Shown here: positions 57,001 through 64,000 of the stretch, one piece after another
Layout: each line of letters starts with the position of its first letter
Position numbering within the stretch: the first letter of the stretch is position 1
NCBI GenBank assembly: GCA_009914755.4
Contig: CP086569.2
Coordinates: forward strand, 7,936,001 to 8,000,000
DNA length: 64,000 bases
Source: the human T2T-CHM13v2.0 reference genome, Homo sapiens
Direction of reading: 5' to 3'
Position numbers and translations under genes: made by a program
The notes under the pieces: model-generated
The model's database searches: none
Seen by the model: only the letters and a program-made list of their open reading frames with translations
Told to the model about the DNA's origin: nothing

Positions 57001-59600
57001 AACATCATTGTGACATATCACTGTGTCCATCCCTTAGAAGATGTTACTCTCATCTCTGGAATGAGCCCTGCACACAGGGAAGAATAGTGACACATTTCTA
57101 GGCCACACACACAGATGATGATACTCTTTTGTCAGGACCTTGACCAAAAGAGGACATTTTGACATATCTCAGGGCCTATCTTGTAGGTGATATGGCTCTT
57201 CAGCTTGGGACCTGCCCACTTGAACAGTGACATATTGCTAGGCCAGGCACAAAGGTGATGGTACTCTTTTGACAGGGCCATGCTTTAAGGAAGACTTTGT
57301 GACACATCTCTGTGGCTATCACCTAGTTTATGTGACGTCTTGCTTGGTCCTGCCCACATGGGGCATTGTGACATAAAGCTGGAACCTGGACATAGGTGAT
57401 GTATCTCCATTGTCTGGGTCCTTTTCTAAAGGGGACTTGTGAATACATCAGGACCAAAATTCATGTGATGTGTCTCTTCAGCCTAGTATCTGCCCACATA
57501 TTAATTTGTGACATATAGCTAAGGAAGCAATTGGATGATATGACTCTCTTTTTCTGCTTGAGCCCAGCATACTGGTGACATTGGGACATATTTCTGAGCC
57601 CATGACCTAAATCATGTGACTCTCTTCTTCTGACTGTGCTTTTATAATGAGAATATTATGATATATTGATGAGTCCAGCCCTTAGGTAATGTGACTTTCA
57701 TCTTTTTGCTGAACAACACCCACAAACAGGACTTTTCCCATGCTTCAGGGCCCAACTCCCAGATTATGTCAGTCTTCTGCCTAGGTCATGCATAAATAGG
57801 GAGTTATAGCATATTGTTCAGCCCAGCACCACAAAGATGTAACTCTCCTGCTTCTGCCCAAGCCACAGAAGGTATTTTGACGTATCTTTGACCCATTCGG
57901 TAGGTGTTTTGACTCTCATCACTTTTCTGGATTTTCTCCACATGAGGTTGTATCATATTGGTGGCTCCAGCCCCCAGTTAATGTGACCCTTTTCCTAGCC
58001 CTTGCCTAGAGAGGACATTGTGAAATATCGTGTGGCACAACACCTAAGTAATTTTAAAGTTTTGCTTGGTTTTCTTGCCCACAAATGGGATTATGACATA
58101 TACTTTGGTTCAGTTCAAAGGCAAGATGATCAAGCTTATATTGGGATTCACCCAATAGGGGATATCTTGCCTCTAGCATCTATATTTAGGTCGATAGGTA
58201 AGGTCCTTCATTTCACATTTGAACAGAGCACACTGAAATTTGCAATATTAACTCATATCAGGAAAACTTATTGGGTAGTACAGAGTTTCATAATAGGGCC
58301 GAGCAAAAGTTAAGATTGTGTCTCTTGACTACACACTCTCATGAAAGTAAAAGTTATTGTCATCCTACATTTACAAAGCCCATTGTTGAGTTCCTCAGTC
58401 TAACAAGTAAATACAGCAGAAAGTTGGAATTGTGACTTTCATAAGTGAATGTGGCCACGCATGGGATGGTGACTCATTTTTGGCACCAGCTTACAGGCAT
58501 AATAGTGGTCTCATTCCTGAGTCCAGCCTATAGGAGAGCTGTTTACTGTCATGCCTGGGTTTATGGCAATATGTAAGATCATGAGTCCATATAAGTGTTT
58601 GGGCCTAAGAAAAGTTAGCAACCCTGATGCATGTTGAACAAAGTTCCCTGATGTTGTAGAGTGTGCCATACAATGGTCAGCACACATGTGAGATTGTGGC
58701 TTTCATATACACAACTAGCTAACAGTTAATATTTTCACTCTTAAAAATGAGAAGATTGTGTCATATCCATTGGCTTAGCAACCAGGTGTTGAGACTTTTT
58801 GGCTTAACTTCCTTTCTATAAGGGCTTTGTTACATATCACTGGTTCAGAGTAATGATAATGCGATTCTTCTGCCTAGACCCAATAATCAGGGAATATTTT
58901 TAGATAGCTCTGGTCCTACTTGCTAGGTGATATTTCTCCCTTCCAGTGTCCTGCCCACAGGGGACACTATAGCATACCACAAGATAAAATATCTAGGTAA
59001 TATGACTCTCCTCTCCTGCTTGGATCCTGCCTACTGAAGAAATTGTGACATGTTACTGAGCATAAAACCTTGTTGACATGACTTTCCTCTTTTTCCTAAA
59101 CTCTGCCTAGAGGAGGAATTATTCCATATTTCTGAGCTCAGCACCCAACTGGTGTGATTCTCTTTTTCTTCTTCAAAACTGTCTACACTGGGGATGATGA
59201 CATATTATTTGAGGCTGTACCCAAGTGATGTGTCTCTTCTGTCTAGTTTCTGCCCACATGTTAGTTTGTGACATATAACTAGGGAAGCACCTAGGTGATA
59301 TGACTCTCCATTTCTGCCTGGGCCCTGCCTATTGGGGGCACTGGGAAATATCTCTGAGCCCATAACCTAATAAACTAACTGCTTCTTCTCTCTGGCTTTT
59401 ACATCAGTGGATTGTGCCATATAGCTGAGCCCATCACTCAGGTTATTTTATCCTTTTTTTTTTCTTGAACCATGAACACACAAAAATTTTTGACTTATTG
59501 CGTGGCCCCAGCACATAGATGATATTACTCTTTTGCTTGGGTCCTGCATATAGAGAGAACTATGGCATATTGCTGGGCCCAGCACCCTAAAAATTTGTAA

Positions 59601-60038
<438 letters not shown>

Positions 60039-63000
60039 TGAGTCCAGCACCTAGTTAATGTGACTCTAATTCCTATACACTGCCTACAAAGGGCATTGGG
60101 ACATGTTGCTTGGCACAGCACCTAAGTAATGTTACCTTCCTGCCTAGTTTTTTGCCCACAAATGGTACTATGACATATAATGGTCAAACTTATACTTGGA
60201 TTCAACCAATAGGAGATATTCTGCCTTTCATCTCTAGTCATAGGGCAATAAGTAAGATCCTTGGTTGCAAATATCTAGAAAGCTCACAGAACTTTACAAC
60301 TCCAACTCATAATGTATATGTTTCTTGACTGGAACAGAGAGTTTCATGACAGGGACCAGCAAAAAGTTCAGATTGGGACTCCTGATTACATTCCCAGGTG
60401 AAAGCAAATGTTGTCACCATCCCACATGTCCAAAGCCCACTGTTAACATCCTGAGTCTAACAAGTGAATACAGTACAAAGTTGGAATTTTGACCTTCATA
60501 TGTGGATCTGGCCACAGGGGGGATGGTGACTCATTTCTGTGTCCAGCTCATAGGCATAATAATGCATCTCATACCTAAAACCAGCCTATGGGAAAGATGT
60601 TTACTATCATACCTGCGTTTAGGGCAATATGTGAGATCATGAATCCCTATAAGCATGTAGGCTTCAGAGTGGTTTGCAACCCTGATGCATGTGGTATAAA
60701 TGCTTCAAAATGCTGTATAAAGCCTTCAAATGTAGCCCAAAAAACATGTAAGATTGTGACTCTCATAGACACAGCTAGCTCAATTTAACGGTGTCACTCT
60801 CAAATCCAAAAAGATTTGGAACATTACTAGGCCTAATACCCATGTATTGGGACTTTTTGGTTTATTTTTTTTCCCATTGGTTCATTTTGGCATATCGCAG
60901 GGTTAGAATCATAATCATGTTACTTCTGCCTGTACCCTGGAAACAGGGGATATTATTGCTTATCTCTGGGCTTATGAGATAGGTGATTTTTCTCTCCTGT
61001 CTGTACCTATTCCCAGAGCACATAGTGAAATATCTTTTGACCAAACATCTAGGTCATGTGACTCTCCTCTCCTGCCTGGGTACTGCTCACCACAGATGTG
61101 GTGACATACCACTGTGTGATATGACTATGTGATGTGACTCTCCTTCCTATTCTAGACGCTGCCAAGAGAGGGAATTACTACACATTGCAGACCCCAACAT
61201 CTAGGTGATTTGACTCTTCTGACTAGGCCCAGCCTACAAATGAAATTATATTGTGTCACTGGCTCAGCACCCAGGTTATGTGGCTCTCCCGCTTTGTCCC
61301 AGCTCACAGGTAAAATTGTGACATATACCTGTGTTAAGCATACATGGGTAATAATAACTTCCATTCCTGGACCCAGCCAGTAGAGATATTGTGACTCTCA
61401 TATCCATCTCACTGTCATGGGTAAGGTACTGGGTTTTTCACTTCCATAAAGTTCATGAATGATTATAATGCTCTGGTATATCACATAAAGCCTTATTGGT
61501 ACAAAGAGTGTCATAACAGAGAAGAGCAACCAGGTGAGAATGTGACTCTTGTATGCACACCTAGCTGACACAATTGTCATTCCTACACATAAACAGGTCT
61601 AGGAATGTGGTACTAAATCTCACACATAAAAAGTGTTGAAGGTTGAAATAATTACTATCATACGTGGATGTGATTAACAGGTGGTTTTTAAACATTTGAA
61701 ACATGATTCAGCACACTTGTGGTGCTATGACTCTCCTACTGGAACACAATATTCAAGTAGGATTGAGGCAGGATTGAGGCTTACACATGGATCTTGCCCA
61801 TTGTTGGGATTGTGACTCCTCTACTTTGACCTAATTCATAGAAAAAATTAACTCAAATATACAAAACCAGGATTCATGTGGAATAAAAAACTTATTTCTG
61901 AGCACTTCTGAGAGGGTGATTGGGACAGGTAAAATTGCCCAGCATGTGAATAATTTGACTGTCTCTTCTAGGCCCAGGCCACAGATGAAATTGTGTCATA
62001 CATGGACAAATACCTAAGCCATGTATAATACTTTCTTTGGCTATGCCTACAAAATGGCACTTTTGTATATCCCTGGGACCATCACCCAGGTGAGGTGAAT
62101 TATCTCCCTGAAATCTGCCTACAAAGAGAATAGTGTCTTTTACCTAGGCCCATCACATAAGTAATGTGACTCCCTATATTTCCTTGGCCTTTCACTTACA
62201 GTGCATTGTGACACATAACTGGGCACTGCAGCAAGGTGACGTGATTCTTCTTCTTCGGTTCAGCCAACAGAAAGCATTGTAGCATATCTCTTGGCTCAAC
62301 ACCTAGGTTATGTTTTTCTGCTTTGGCCTGTGGCTTGATTACAAGGAGATTGTGAAATTCTTGGGTCCAGCACCAATGTCACTCTCCAGCTTTGGTACTG
62401 CACAGAACAAACACTGTGAGATGTATCTAGACCAGCTGCCTAGGTTAAGTGAGTCTCCTCTCTTTCCAAAGTCCTGCCCACAGAGGGGTTTTTGATATGT
62501 CACTGAAACCCGCATCCAGGTGATGTGAATTTTCTATAAGGGGCTTCCCACAAGGGGGATTGTGACATCTCACAGGACTCACACCCAAATAGGTGATGTG
62601 ACATTCTTGCCTTCTCTGTGTCCACAGGTGATATTGTGCTATATACCTAAGACCATAACAAAAGCCTAATAACAAGTCATATACCTGGGCCCAGAACATG
62701 TGCAAGATGATGACTCTTATTTTTAAACCTTTCCACAAGTATAATTGTGACATATACCTTTGCCCAGCTCCAGAATGATTTAATAATTTTGCTAGGTATA
62801 GCCCACAAATGAGATTTTGACAAATACCTGGGCAAAGTACCTTGGTGATTTGACTGTGCTATTTTAACAGTGTCTTCAGGGGGGATTGTAATACATTTCT
62901 GGACCCATCATCTAGGTTATGTGACTCTCCTCTACCCTCTACTGCCTGTATTCTACTTCCTTTGGTAATTGTAGCATTACTAAACACTGCATCTAAATGA

Positions 63001-64000
63001 TACATCTCCTGCCTGGGCCCTGTTAACAGGAGGCATTGTGAAATATTTTTGGGCCCACCATTAAGTGAAATGACCCTACTCTCCTGCTCTGACACTTCCC
63101 ACAAAGGACACTGTGCCAAGAGCTGGACCTTGCACACAAGTGTTTTGACATTTATGACAAGACCTTGCCTACAAAGAGAATATTGGAATAATTCTGGCCC
63201 AGCATTTAGGTAATATGGCTGTTCTTCCTGCTTCATAGCCATACAAAGAATTGTAATATATACCTAGGCATGGTTCACAGGAATGATAATGACTGTCATA
63301 TGGGGATTGAGATAATAGAGGTTATTTTAACTCTTATAACCAAGTTTAGGTACATGCATGATGTCCTGAATAACGTTCTTATACAAATGTCACAAAAGAT
63401 TACAACATTTACACATATTTTACAAAGTCTTTGGGTTATAGAGACAGAGTCACAGCAGGGCTCAGAACACAGGTTAAATTGTGTCTTGTATGCACACCCT
63501 GCTGACAGTAAAGACTGTCATTATCTCACATGGATAAAGACAAATATCACACATGAAAACAGGATATGTGTGGTATTGTAAATCTCATCTTTGCAATTAT
63601 CTAACACTGTGATTGTGATATAAATCTGTGCCAAGCACTTGTGTAATTTGACTCTCCTGACTTGTTGCAGCCCACATATGGGATTGTGATATCTGGCTAG
63701 GCCAAACTGAAGGTGACATGATTCTCCTACCTGGGCCCTTCTCTGAGTAAGGATTGTAACATACTGAATCTAGCACCCAGGTGATGTTATATTCTTGCCT
63801 GCACCATGCCCACCAAAATTATTGTGTCATATTTTTGTGTCCTCCTCATAGATGATGTAACTCTGCTCTCTGGAATGGGCCATGCACAGATGAAAGATAG
63901 TGACATATTGCAAGGCCAGACACAGAGTTGAGGGTATTACTTTGCCAGAGCAATATTCAAAGGAGGGCATTGTGAATTATATCTGGGCCTATCACCTGAG

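Overview
This window is primate (catarrhine, most likely hominoid/human) nuclear DNA. It is not a prokaryotic locus, and I found no operon, CRISPR array, defence system or other prokaryote-style system. The evidence for primate origin is interspersed repeats recognisable by direct reading: several Alu SINEs, some young AluY-like with target-site duplications (TSDs); fragments of old L1; one near full-length young L1PA in minus orientation with a 5' inversion; a solo LTR12 (HERV9) LTR inserted into a MaLR (THE1/MST-like) LTR; and small microsatellites. I see no convincing host protein-coding exon. All long ORFs in the supplied track are L1 ORF1/ORF2 remnants or chance frames through repeats.

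The dominant and most unusual object is a very large tandem array. It starts as a degenerate remnant at about 25540, is split by the L1 insertion, resumes at 30936 and runs past the window end (>33 kb). Its basic unit is a degenerate ~74-bp repeat, roughly ATTGTGACATATTGCTGAGCCCAGCACCTAGGTGATGTGACTCTCCTCTTCTGCCTGGGCCCTGCCCACAGG, which itself looks like an ancient ~37-bp dimer. These units are organised into higher-order repeats (HORs) of about 6.7-7.3 kb, marked by four recurring ~0.2-0.9-kb landmark blocks. The array is CpG-poor and strand-asymmetric, and is interrupted by an AluY, two older Alus, a TG/TA microsatellite and a ~470-bp insertion with an 8-bp direct repeat. I cannot assign it to a named satellite or macrosatellite family from memory. 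It is not alpha, beta, gamma, HSat1-3, D4Z4, DXZ4 or RS447. This array is the candidate for a poorly described structure in the window.
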